A stretch of 64,000 nucleotides of DNA from Mobula hypostoma (taxonomy: Eukaryota): NCBI RefSeq assembly GCF_963921235.1, contig NC_086108.1, positions 108,564,001 to 108,628,000 of the forward strand, given 5' to 3'. This document shows, piece after piece, positions 12,042 to 23,109 of this stretch (its first letter is position 1; each line of letters begins with the position of its first letter). Made by a program: the position numbers and the translations under genes. Under the pieces are notes generated by a model. That model saw nothing but the letters and a program-made list of their open reading frames with translations, was not told the DNA's origin and made no database searches.

Positions 12042-13152
12042 TCATTGTTATGCTTTAATGCTCATGTGATAATGAATCTGAATCTGAATCTGAGACTTCC
12101 AGTTCTTGGATTTTGCAGACGAGTTTAGGCCAAAGGGTCTATTTCTGTGCTCTGTGACCTGATGACTTTGAATTCATAACTGCGACTAAACTGCACGCCA
12201 CTATACCACTGTGCTACGATTAGAGCAGACAGCCTGTCTCAGTGCACAGTTTTGCCTTAGCTTGTCTTTCCCCTTTAAGTGATGAGACGGGGCTCACTGA
12301 GTTTAGCTTTGAAGACGCATCCTACCAGTGAAGCATGTTAATATTTTTACAGATTTGGCAAACCAGCGCCAGGTGCCTTAACACAACAGAACATTCAGTT
12401 GATGCCTCTATCATTACAGGAGAGCAGATCTGTGCCACGCTGACAGATTGTGAGATTAATGTGAGAATGATGTTTCATTACGTTAGTGAAATTGTTTGTA
12501 GAGACTCAGTACAACTATCAACACTTCAAAGATTTGGGTGAGTTTGAAATGAGTCTCCAGACATTCCCTAATTAACTGAACTGTGACAGAAAATTCAGTC
12601 TGAACTGAACAGGTTTCTTTTTAACCACCTGTGGTCTGTTGGTATCACCTTCTGGCCTAGAGCGTCATAGAATCACGGAACACCACAGCACAGAAACAGG
12701 CCATTAGGCCCATCTGATCCAAGCTGAACTCTGAATCTGCCTCGTCCCATCAGCAGGATCATAGGCCTCCATACACCTCCAATCCATGTGCGTATCCAAA
12801 CATCTCGTATATATTGAAATCAAACTTGCATCCACCAAACTTGTTCCAAATTCCAAACTTTGCTTGTTCCAAACTCTCACCAGCTCCGAGTGAAGAAGTT
12901 CCCCATCATGTTCCCCTTAAACATTTCACCTTTCACCCTTAACCTATGACCTATGGTCTGAATTTCTTTCTCCTCACATTGTTCTAGTGTAGGAAACAAT
13001 GGCTGATAGGAATCTTGTAGGGAGTTTCTACAAGTTGTCTGAGAATCTCTTTCAATGTCATTGGTCCATAAGACAATAGGCTAAAGGAGCAGAATTAGGC
13101 CATTCAGCCCATCAAGTCTGCTCTGTCATTCAATTATGGCTGATTTTGTTTC

Positions 13153-13444
13153 CGTGTGGCGTGTGGCCAAGTGGTTAGGGCATTGGGCTCACGATCTGAA
13201 GGTCGTGGGTTCGAGTCTCGGCCAGGACAGTGTGTTGTGTCTTTGAGCAAGGCACTTAACCACACCCTGCTCCAGTCCACCCAGCTGAAAATGGGTACCG
13301 GCAAAATGCTGGGGGTTAACCTCGCGATAGACTGGCGTCCTATCCGGGGGGGAGTCTCGTACTCTCAGTCGCTTCACGCCACAGAAACCGGCATAAGCAC
13401 CGGCCTGATGGGCCACAAGGCTCGGGACAGATTTAACTTTTTAA
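13153..13444 (+). mobile_element. Young tRNA/CORE-type SINE, distinct 3' half
   Basis: A box TGGCCAAGTGG, B box GGTTCGAGTCT, CORE-like segment, CpGs retained. Perfect 13 bp TSD CTGATTTTGTTTC at 13140-52 and 13445-57. Confidence 0.9.
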
Positions 13445-13629
13445 CTGATTTTGTTTCTTAATCCCATTGTCCAGCCTTCTTCCTGTAATCTTTTACCCCA
13501 TTCCTTACCATCAGTCTCGTCATCCAGTGATTTGACCTTCACTGCCTCTGTGGCGATAAATTCCACAGATTCACCACGCTCTAGCTGAAGAAATTCTGTC
13601 CATCTCTCCCTGTCCACTCTGTCCAGCTC

Positions 13630-15105
13630 TTTCCAAACAGTTCTTCCAGGTGAGGCAACACTTCACCGGCAAATCTGCTGGGATCATGTATTGTGTCCTG
13701 TCCGGTGCTCCCGATCCGGCCTACCTTGGTGAGATCCGTCGTAAATTGGGGAAATGCTTCGTTGAGCACCTCCGCACCATCCGCCACGTGTGGGGCTTCC
13801 TGGTGCCCAAACGTTTTGGCCATTTGCAGAACTCAGTCAGTTCAGATTTGCAAAGACATCTCCTCCACAATCTCCATCAGCACAGGAGCATCACAGGGAT
13901 GTGTGCTTAGCCCCCTGCTCTACTTACTTTATACCTATGATTGTGTGACTAAGTACAACTCCAACAGCATATTTAAGTTTGTTGATGACACCACTGTTGT
14001 GGGCCTTATCATGGGTGGTGATGAATCAGCATACAGGAGGGAATTGAAAATTTGGCTGAGTGGTGTTATAACAATAACCTCTCACTCAATGTCAATAAGA
14101 CCAAGAGTCTGATAGTAGACCAAGAGAGGGATACCAGAGGTCCATGAGCCAATACTCATAGGAGGATTGGAGGTGGGGAGGGTCAGTAACTTTAAATTCC
14201 TGGGTGTCACCATCTCAGAGGACCTGTCCTGGACCCATCATATAAATATAATTGTGAGTAAAGCACAACAGGACCTCTACTTCCTCAGGAATCAAACTTT
14301 GGCAAACTTCTATAGATAATGTGGTGGAAAGTGTGCTGACTGGCTTCATTATGTCCTGATACAGGAACACCAATGCTTTTGAGTGGAAATTCCTACAAAA
14401 GGTAGTGGATTCAGCCTAGTAGATTATGGATAAAGCCCTCGTAACCATTGAGCACATCTACAAGAAACATTGCCATAGAAAAACAGCGTCCATCATCAAA
14501 GATCCTCAACACCCAGGCCATGCCCTTTTCTCGCTGCTACCATCAGGTAGTTGATACAGGAGCCTCAGGTACTCACCGCCAGCTTCAAGAACAGTTACTA
14601 CCTCTCAACCATCAGGCTCTTGAACAAAAGGGGATAACTACACTCTTTCTATTTCTGGTGTTCCCACAACTGATGGTCTCACTTTAAGGGTACTTTATCT
14701 TGTTAATTCATACTCGTTATTTATTGCTATTTATTTATACTTACATTTGTACAGTTTGCTGACCATTGATCCTGTTTACAGTTACTGTTCTATAGATTTG
14801 CAGGAAAAAGAACCTCAAGGTTGTATGTACTTTGAATATAGATATTACTTTGAACTTTGAGTCCAATTCCCCATTACCTTTCTGATATCCTGAACCATGT
14901 CTGGGTACTCTCCAAAATGATGACATGAATATCAATTTCTCCTTCCAGTTGAAAAAAAAACTCCCCCCCACTTCCCATTCCCTACCCTGACCTTTCACTT
15001 CTTCTCAGCCACCTATTACTTCCCTCTGGGTTCCACTGTCTTTCCCTTTCTCCTATTGTCCACTCTTCTCTCCTATCAGATTCTTTCTTCTCCAGCCTTT
15101 GACCA
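13630..15105 (+). mobile_element. Degraded Penelope GIY-YIG/3' fragment split by a Rex element
   Basis: RQHFTGKSAGIMYC..YLGEIRRKLGKCFVEHLR. Resumes ~14865 with GACATGAATATCAATTTCTCC and a pyrimidine-rich pLTR. Confidence 0.65.
13835..14860 (+). mobile_element. Rex1/Babar LINE 3' portion
   Basis: [36 protein letters not shown]; (CTTTGAA)n-type tail. Confidence 0.8.
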
Positions 15106-15554
15106 GATCTTGTAATCATAAGAAAAACATCCTAGACAATCATTTGCACCAGTTGTTGGGCCATGTATTGCCTCCACGTGCTGCCTCCGATTCCTTCTTC
15201 TCTGGGTGGCTGTAGCAGGTGATAATCCACCGCTATATCAACAACTGGGTCATGGGGGAGACATGCAGTATTAGGTGTTCTTAATAACCAGTCTTACGAT
15301 CATAAGAACACAATTACACCATTGGTTGTACCTGCACCAAGCATGCCACCATCTTACCAGAAGAACCAGTAATTAATGTACATGGGTGCATGGGCCATCT
15401 AGAAATCCGAGGGTGGAGGAGAAGAAGCTGTTTCTGAATCATTGAACGTGGTTCTGATTGTCATTGATGAAGAGGTATCACCTCTCATCACCGATGTGTA
15501 CTGACTGTAGTCTCTCAATGTGGAATTCAAGGAACTAGCTGCAGAAGGAGGTAC

Positions 15555-15810
15555 AATAGCAGAGTGGTTAGCACAACACTTTACAGTATCAGCAATTCTT
15601 GCCTCTGCCTATAATGAGCTTGTACATTCACCCCGTGACCACGTGGGTTTCCTCCAAAGGCACAGAGGTTAATTGGTCATTGTCAATTGTCCAATGATTA
15701 GGCAAGGGTTAAATTGGGGGTTGCTGTGTGGCATGGCTCAAACGGCTGGAAGGGCTTATTCCACGCTGTATCTCAATCAATCATTAATCAATCGATCAAT
15801 CAGTCAATAA
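15555..15810 (+). mobile_element. V-SINE (HE1-like)
   Basis: GTGGTTAGCACAACACTTTACAG head, GTGGGTTTCCTCC, CR1-like tail with (TCAA)n. Confidence 0.75.
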
Positions 15811-16669
15811 AGAAAGAACAGATATCCATGTTAGGACTTGGCAATTAATACTGAGGGAACGAGGGTATTGAATGCCAAGATGTTATTGATAAAGAACAGA
15901 CTGATTTTTTTTTTGCTTTTGTCTAGGTGTTCCAAAGTTGAGTGAAGATCCAAGGAAATTGTACCTCCTGTAGGCCTGTTGTGATGGTTCCCAAATTGCA
16001 ACCGGTCCAGGTCCTTGTTGAGGTAGTTCATTCTAGGTATAACCAACCTCTTTATTGCTTTTCTTGGGCGCCTGAATGATTGCAGCCCTTTTGAAGCGAG
16101 GGTGAACTATATACACCACGGCACTGGGAGGTTTAATATGTCACTGAACACTCCTGCCTATTGCTCAGCTCAGGAATTCAGTACTGGCTACATAGACTGT
16201 CAGGGCCTGTCACCTGTGAAGGTTCACTCTCTGAAGCAGTAAACCCCACTTTAAACACTGCAAACAGCAGTTATTTTATTATTCCTACAGTTTCTCTACC
16301 AAATGAAAGAATGAAAGTAAGAGAATGAGAAAAGAACACTACAAAATCCAGCCAACAACAATATAGAGAAATGCAAAAATAATCTAAAAAACATGTGAAA
16401 AAAGAGTTATAAGGGGCCAAACAGCCTTGTTTCCGGCTCCTTCCCTCTTCCTTTCCAGTCCTGATGAAGGATCTCAGGCTGAAGTGCCACCTAAGGCACG
16501 TGAAAACTTATACAAATGTACCGTGCAGAGCATTCTGACAGGCTGAATCACTGTCTGGTATGGTTGGGTGGCTGCTGCACAGGGTCGAAAGAAGCAACAC
16601 AAAGTTGTAGAATTAGTCAGCTCCATCTTGGGTACTTGAATTTGTACTTGGACTTGAATATTATGTTAC

Positions 16670-17060
16670 TTCACAATACACATTATTAACAGTTTCAGTC
16701 TTTAACATGGTCATCTTTGTCCAGGACACGCTCGATCACCTGTGGCACCCACCGGGTCCAGAACATTGCCCATCGTACCCGTGGGTACTGTGTACCTCTC
16801 CTGGTATAGTGGGCACAGGCATAACTCCAGACGAGGGGCAGGCAGTCAGCATGGGCAGAACCCTTGATTGCCCACCACTTTCACCCGTAAATCGACAGCT
16901 TGGCCAGGCTCAGGAGCAAGCCAGTCAGGAGGTACACCAAACGATGCACTGGGAGACTGTAGATCAGGAGCATGAGACTGAAGTACAACCAGAAATTGAG
17001 GAGCAGCCCCTTCAGATACACAGATAGAGGCTGCAACCTCTTATGTCCCATGATACACCA
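16670..17060 (-). mobile_element. Tx1-clade LINE ORF2 C-terminal fragment
   Basis: RLQPLSVYLKGLLLNFWLYFS..LLIY..GLLLSLAKLSIYG..ADCLPL resembles Tx1 ORF2 C-termini. Confidence 0.65.
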
Positions 17061-18000
17061 ACTCCTCCCAGCTGCAGAAATGTCAGCTGGCTGGTAAAAT
17101 GACTTTAAGAACCTCTTAAGCACTACGGCTCTCTGAAACACTTTTCACCCCAGGTCCCCAATATAGTGGGGGGGTGGGGAACTCCCACATAAAGAGATCC
17201 TCCACGGGGGATCTCCCTTACCTTTAAATCCTTGTTTAAAAGCACAATCTCCTGTCCCTCACTATAAGTAAAACACTCAAATGTTCCTCGACTACTTCAG
17301 TGACAGTCATAGTCAAAGAACACTACAGCACAGAAACACTCTCTTCGGCCCATCTAGTCCATGCTGAAATATAGTATTCTCATCAACCATACCCGGACCA
17401 TTGCTCTCCATACCCCTTCTATCTGTGTTCTCATTGAAATTTGTCATAAATGTTGAAATCAAACTCATACCCACCACATCCATTGGCAGCTCATTCTACA
17501 CTCTCACCACCCTCTGAGTGAAGAAGCTCCCTCCTCAGGTTTCCTTTCACCTTTAACCCATGACCTCTAGTTCTAATCTCATCCAACCTCAGCAGAAAAA
17601 GCCTGCTTGCATTTATCCTAAGTATATCACTCGTAATTTTGTGTACCTCTATCAAATCTCTCTTTATTCTCCTACGCTCCAGGATATAAAGACCTAACCA
17701 ATTTAATTTTTCCCTGTGATGATTCCCTGTTGACTCAATATTACCATTTCTGTTCCAGAAAATTCTATTTGACTACATTTATCCTCATGTTTCATGTGTT
17801 TCACTCTAGACCTATCAAACCCGTTTTCAGTATCTGCACAATTATGGCCATCAGACAAAAAGATATGGGAGTGATATTGGGCTGTTTGGCTCATCAAGGA
17901 TGATGTATAATCCTGCTCAATCCCATTCTCCTGCCTTCTCCCCGTAACCTTTGATGCTCTGACTAATCAGGAACCTATCGACTTCTGCTTTAATACAGTA

Positions 18001-20672
18001 TAGAAACATAGAAAATAGGTGCAGGAGTAGGCCATTCGGCCCTTCGAGCCTGCACCGCCATTTATTATGATCATGGCTGATCATCCAACTCAGAACCCCG
18101 CCCCAGCCTTCCCTCCATACCCCCTGACCCCTGTAGCCACAAGGGCCATATCTAACTCCCTCTTAAACATAGCCAATGAACTGGCCTCAACAGTTTCCTG
18201 TGGCAGAGAATTCCACAGATTCACCACTCTCTGTGTGAAGAAGTTTTTCCTAATCTCGGTCCTAAAAGGCTTCCCCTCTATCCTCAGACTGTGACCCCTC
18301 GTTCTGGACTTCCCCAACATCGGGAACAATCTTCCTGCATCTAGCCTGTCCAATCCCTTTAGGATCTTATACGTTTCAATCAGATCCCCCCTTAATCTTC
18401 TAAATTCCAACGAGTACAAGCCCAGTTCATCCAGTCTTTCTTCATATGAAAGTCCTGCCATCCCAGGAATCAATCTGGTGAACCTTCTTTGTACTCCCTC
18501 TATGGCAAAGATGTCTTTCCTCAGATTAGGGGACCAAAACTGCACACAATACTCCAGGTGTGATCTCACCAAGGCCTTGTACAACTGCAGTAGTACCTCC
18601 CTGCTCCTGTACTCGAATCGTCTCGCTATAAATGCCAGCATACCATTTGCCTTTTTCACCGCCTGCTGTACCTGCATGCCCACTTTCAATGACTGGTGTA
18701 TAATGACACCCAGGTCTCGTTGCACCTCCCCTTTTCCTAATCGGCCACCATTCAGATAATAATCTGTTTTCCTATTTTTGCCACCAAAGTGGATAACTTC
18801 ACATTTATCCACATTAAATTGCAACTGCCATGAGTTTGCCCACTCACCCAACCTATCCAAGTCACCCTGCATCTTCTTAGCATCCTCCTCACTGCTAACA
18901 CTGCCACCCAGCTTCGTGTCATCCGCAAACTTGGAGATGCTGCATTTAATTCCCTCATCCAAGTCATTAATATATATTGTAAACAACTGGGGTCCCAGCA
19001 CTGAGCCTTGCGGTACCCCACTAGTCACCGCCTGCCATTCTGAAAAGGTCCCGTTTATTCCCACTCTTTGCTTCCTGTCTGCTAACCAATTCTCCACCCA
19101 CACCAATACCTTACCCCCAATACCGTGTGCTTTAAGGTTGCACACTAATCTCCTGTGTGGGACCTTGTCAAAAGCCTTTTGAAAATCCAAATATACCACA
19201 TCCACTGGTTCTCCCCTATCCACTCTACTAGTTACATCCTCAAAAAATTCCATGAGATTCGTCAGACGTGATTTTCCTTTCACAAATCCATGCTGACTTT
19301 GTCCGATCATTTCACCGCTTTCCAAATGTGCTGTTATCACATCCTTGATAACTGACTCCAGCAGTTTCCCCACCACCGACGTTAGGCTAACCGGTCTATA
19401 ATTCCCCGGTTTCTCTCTCCCTCCTTTTTTAAAAAGTGGGGTTACATTAGCCACCCTCCAATCCTCAGGAACTAGTCCAGAATCTAACGAGTTTTGAAAA
19501 ATTATCACTAATGCATCCACTATTTCTTGGGCTACTTCCTTAAGCACTCTAGGATGCAGACCATCTGGCCCTGGGAATTTATCTGCCTTCAATCCCTTCA
19601 ATTTACCTAACACCACTTCCCTACTAACATGTATTTCGCTCAGTTCCTCCATCTCACTGGACCCTCTGTCCCTTACTATTTCTGGAAGATTATTTATGTC
19701 CTCCTTAGTGAAGACAGAACCAAAGTAATTATTCAATTGGTCTGCCATGTCCTTGCTCCCCATAATCAATTCACCTGTTTCTGTCTGCAGGGGACCTACA
19801 TTTGTCTTTACCAGTCTTTTCCTTTTTACATATCTATAAAAGCTTTTACAGTCCGTTTTTATGTTCCCTGCCAGTTTTCTCTCATAATCTTTTTTCCCCT
19901 TCCTAATTAAGCCCTTTGTCCTCCTCTGCTGAACTCTGAATTTCTCCCAGTCCTCAGGTGAGCCACTTTCTCTGGCTAATTTGTATGCTTCTTCTTTGGA
20001 ATTGATACTATCCCTAATTTCTCTTGTCAGCCACGGGTGCATTACCTTCCTTGATTTATTCTTTTGCCAAACTGGGATGAACAATTGTTGTAGTTCATCC
20101 ATGCAACCTTTAAATGCTTGCCATTGCATATCCACCGTCAATCCTTTAAGTGTCATTTGCCAGTCTATCTTAGCTAATTCACATCTCATACCTTCAAAGT
20201 TACCCCTCTTTAAGTTCAGAACCTTTGTTTCTGAATTAACTATGTCACTCTCCATCTTAATGAAGAATTCCACCATATTATGGTCACTCTTACCCAAGGG
20301 GCCTCTCACGACAAGATCACTAATTAACCCTTCCTCATTGCTCAAAACCCAGTCCAGAATAGCCTGCTCTCTAGTTGGTTCCTCGACATGTTGGTTCAAA
20401 AAACCATCCTGCATACATTCCAAGAAATTCTCTTCCTCAGCACCTTTACCAATTTGGTTCACCCAGTCTACATGTAGATTGAAGTCACCCATTATAACTG
20501 CTGTTCCTTTATTGCACACATTTCTAATTTCCTGTTTAATACCATCTCCGACCTCACTACTACTGTTAGGTGGCCTGTACACAACTCCCACCAGCGTCTT
20601 CTGCCCCTTAGTGTTACGCAGCTCTACCCATATCGATTCCACATCTTCCCGGCTTATGTCCTTCCTTTCTAT
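18001..20672 (-). mobile_element. Young CR1 LINE, 5'-truncated within the endonuclease, inserted into an older CR1 tail
   Basis: (TTTCTATG)n tail at left. The older CR1 host sequence at 17850-17995 continues at 20673-21095. Confidence 0.95.
18090..20672 (-). CDS. CR1 ORF2 (C-terminal APE endonuclease half + RT), stop-free but lacking its N-terminus
   Basis: VVYRPP, MGDFN, SDHNMV (APE); NYRPVSLTS, LDFQKAFD, GVPQGSVLGP, FADD (RT). The first ~19 aa of track ORF 18090..20729 come from the flanking older CR1. Confidence 0.9.
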   Translation of the reverse strand: MERKDISREDVESIWVELRNTKGQKTLVGVVYRPPNSSSEVGDGIKQEIRNVCNKGTAVIMGDFNLHVDWVNQIGKGAEEENFLECMQDGFLNQHVEEPTREQAILDWVLSNEEGLISDLVVRGPLGKSDHNMVEFFIKMESDIVNSETKVLNLKRGNFEGMRCELAKIDWQMTLKGLTVDMQWQAFKGCMDELQQLFIPVWQKNKSRKVMHPWLTREIRDSINSKEEAYKLARESGSPEDWEKFRVQQRRTKGLIRKGKKDYERKLAGNIKTDCKSFYRYVKRKRLVKTNVGPLQTETGELIMGSKDMADQLNNYFGSVFTKEDINNLPEIVRDRGSSEMEELSEIHVSREVVLGKLKGLKADKFPGPDGLHPRVLKEVAQEIVDALVIIFQNSLDSGLVPEDWRVANVTPLFKKGGREKPGNYRPVSLTSVVGKLLESVIKDVITAHLESGEMIGQSQHGFVKGKSRLTNLMEFFEDVTSRVDRGEPVDVVYLDFQKAFDKVPHRRLVCNLKAHGIGGKVLVWVENWLADRKQRVGINGTFSEWQAVTSGVPQGSVLGPQLFTIYINDLDEGIKCSISKFADDTKLGGSVSSEEDAKKMQGDLDRLGEWANSWQLQFNVDKCEVIHFGGKNRKTDYYLNGGRLGKGEVQRDLGVIIHQSLKVGMQVQQAVKKANGMLAFIARRFEYRSREVLLQLYKALVRSHLEYCVQFWSPNLRKDIFAIEGVQRRFTRLIPGMAGLSYEERLDELGLYSLEFRRLRGDLIETYKILKGLDRLDAGRLFPMLGKSRTRGHSLRIEGKPFRTEIRKNFFTQRVVNLWNSLPQETVEASSLAMFKRELDMALVATGVRGYGGKAGAGF

Positions 20673-22780
20673 ACCTAATGACTTGGCCTCCACAACGGGT
20701 TGTAGAAATGAATTCCACAGATTCATCACCCTCTGGCTAAAGAAATTCCTCCCATTGCTGTTCTAAATGATGACCCTCTATTCTGAGGCTGCGCCCTCTG
20801 GTTCTAGGCTCCCCCACAATAGGAAACATCCTCTCCACTTCCACTCATTTCAATATTTGGTAGATTTCAAAGAGATTCCTCCTCCACTACCCCCAGAATC
20901 TTCTTAACTCCAGAGAGTATAGGCCCAGAGTAACCAAATGTGCCTCAAACTTTAACCCTTTCACTCCCAGGATCATTCCAGTGTACCTCCTCTGGACTAT
21001 CTCCAAAGCTACCATATTCTTTCTTAGATAAGAGGCCCAAATCGACTCACAATACTCCAAGTGCAGTTTGACCAATGCCTTATAAAGCCTCAATGCCTTA
21101 TAACTCTTTCATTCCCAGGGTCATTCAGGCACCTAAAAAACATTGTGATCAAAACTCTTTGCATGTCATTGTCATGATGGCACCCTCCTTTCCCCACTGG
21201 TAAAGCATCTTGATTTGGAAGGGACAGATTTACATACTTCAAGATTGGTTAAGCTTTCTTCATAACTTAAACTCCTGATTGCCTGAATCATCTTCAGCAC
21301 TCATCTCAGTACCCTGCCAGAATGTAATAACACCCTTCGTCTAGTTAATTGGAAGAGACTATAATGTCATTTCAAAGGTAATTGTGGTCTATTTAAAACG
21401 GGGAGTGTATAGAGAGTGTAATGACAGAGGAATAGACTGATGTCAGACAGATTCACTCAAAGAGCTGATATCTGGTGTTCGGTTGAATGGGCACTTAAGA
21501 GCAATAATTTATATTATGTAATTAAATGACCACAACAGCATTTTCTACTCTTGATGGGGTCTGAATAACACCTTATATTGTGGCAAAACAGTCTCTTTTG
21601 ATTTACATTCAAACATAGAAACATAGAAACATAGAAAATAGGTGCAGGAGTAGGCCATTCGGCCCTTCGAGCCTGCACCGCCATTTATTATGATCATGGC
21701 TGATCATCCAACTCAGAACCCCGCCCCAGCCTTCCCTCCATACCCCCTGACCCCTGTAGCCACAAGGGCCATATCTAACTCCCTCTTAAACATAGCCAAT
21801 GAACTGGCCTCAACAGTTTGCTGTGGCAGAGAATTCCACAGATTCACCACTCTCTGTGTGAAGAAGTTTTTCCTAATCTCGGTCCTAAAAGGCTTCCCCT
21901 CTATCCTCAAACTGTGACCCCTCGTTCTGGACTTCCCCAACATCGGGAACAATCTTCCTGCATCTAGCCTGTCCAATCCCTTTAGGATCTTATACGTTTC
22001 AATCAGATCCCCCCTCAATCTTCTAAATTCCAACGAGTACAAGCCCAGTTCATCCAGTCTTTCTTCATATGAAAGTCCTGCCATCCCAGGAATCAATCTG
22101 GTGAACCTTCTTTGTACTCCCTCTATGGCAAAGATGTCTTTCCTCAGATTAGGGGACCAAAACTGCACACAATACTCCAGGTGTGGTCTCACCAAGGCCT
22201 TGTACAACTGCAGTAGTACTCCCTGCTCCTGTACTCGAATCCTCTCACTATAAATGCCAGCATACCATTTGCCTTTTTCACCGCCTGCTGTACCTGCATG
22301 CCCACTTTCAATGACTGGTGTATAATGACACCCAGGTCTCGTTGCACCTCCCCTTTTCCTAATCAGCCACCATTCAGATAATAATCTGTTTTCCTATTTT
22401 TGCCACCAAAGTGGATAACTTCACATTTATCCACATTAAATTGCATCTGCCATGAGTTTGCCCACTCACCCAACCTATCCAAGTCACCCTGCATCCTCTT
22501 AGCATCCTCCTCACTGCTAACACTGCCACCCAGCTTCGTGTCATCCGCAAACTTGGAGATGCTGCATTTAATTCCCTCATCCAAGTCATTAATATATATT
22601 GTAAACAACTGGGGTCCCAGCACTGAGCCTTGCGGTACCCCACTAGTCACCGCCTGCCATTCTGAAAAGGTCCCGTTTATTCCAAACAACAGGAATTCTG
22701 CAGATGCTGGAAATTCAAGCAACACACATCAAAGTTGCTGGTGAACGCAGCAGGCCAAGCAGCATCTATAGGAAGAGGCG

Positions 22781-22818
22781 CAGTCGACGTTTCAGGCCGA
22801 GACCCTTCGTCAGGGCTA
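22781..22818 (-). ncRNA. Minimal hammerhead ribozyme motif
   Basis: TAGCC-CTGACGA-AGGGTCTCGGCCT-GAAA-CG-TC-GACTG; one stem I mismatch. Confidence 0.7.
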
Positions 22819-23109
22819 ACTGAAGGAAGAGTGAGTAAGGGATTTGAAAGCTGGAGGGGGAGGGGGAGATGCAAAATGATAGGAGAAGACAGGAGGGGGA
22901 GGGATAGAGCCGAGAGCTGGACAGGTGATAGGCAAAAGGGGATAAGAGAGGATCATGGGACAGGAGGTCCGGGAAGAAAGACAGGGGGGGGTGACCCAGA
23001 GGATGGGCAAGAGGTATATTCAGAGGGACAGAGGGAGAAAAAGGAGAGTGAGAGAAAGAATGTGTGCATAAAAATGAGTAACAGATGGGGTACGAGGGGG
23101 AGGTGGGGC

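Noticed and set aside
18090..20729. 879 aa ORF as a host or domesticated gene
   Set aside because: It is CR1 ORF2 with near-identical copies nearby and a microsatellite tail; its N-terminus is accidental flank.
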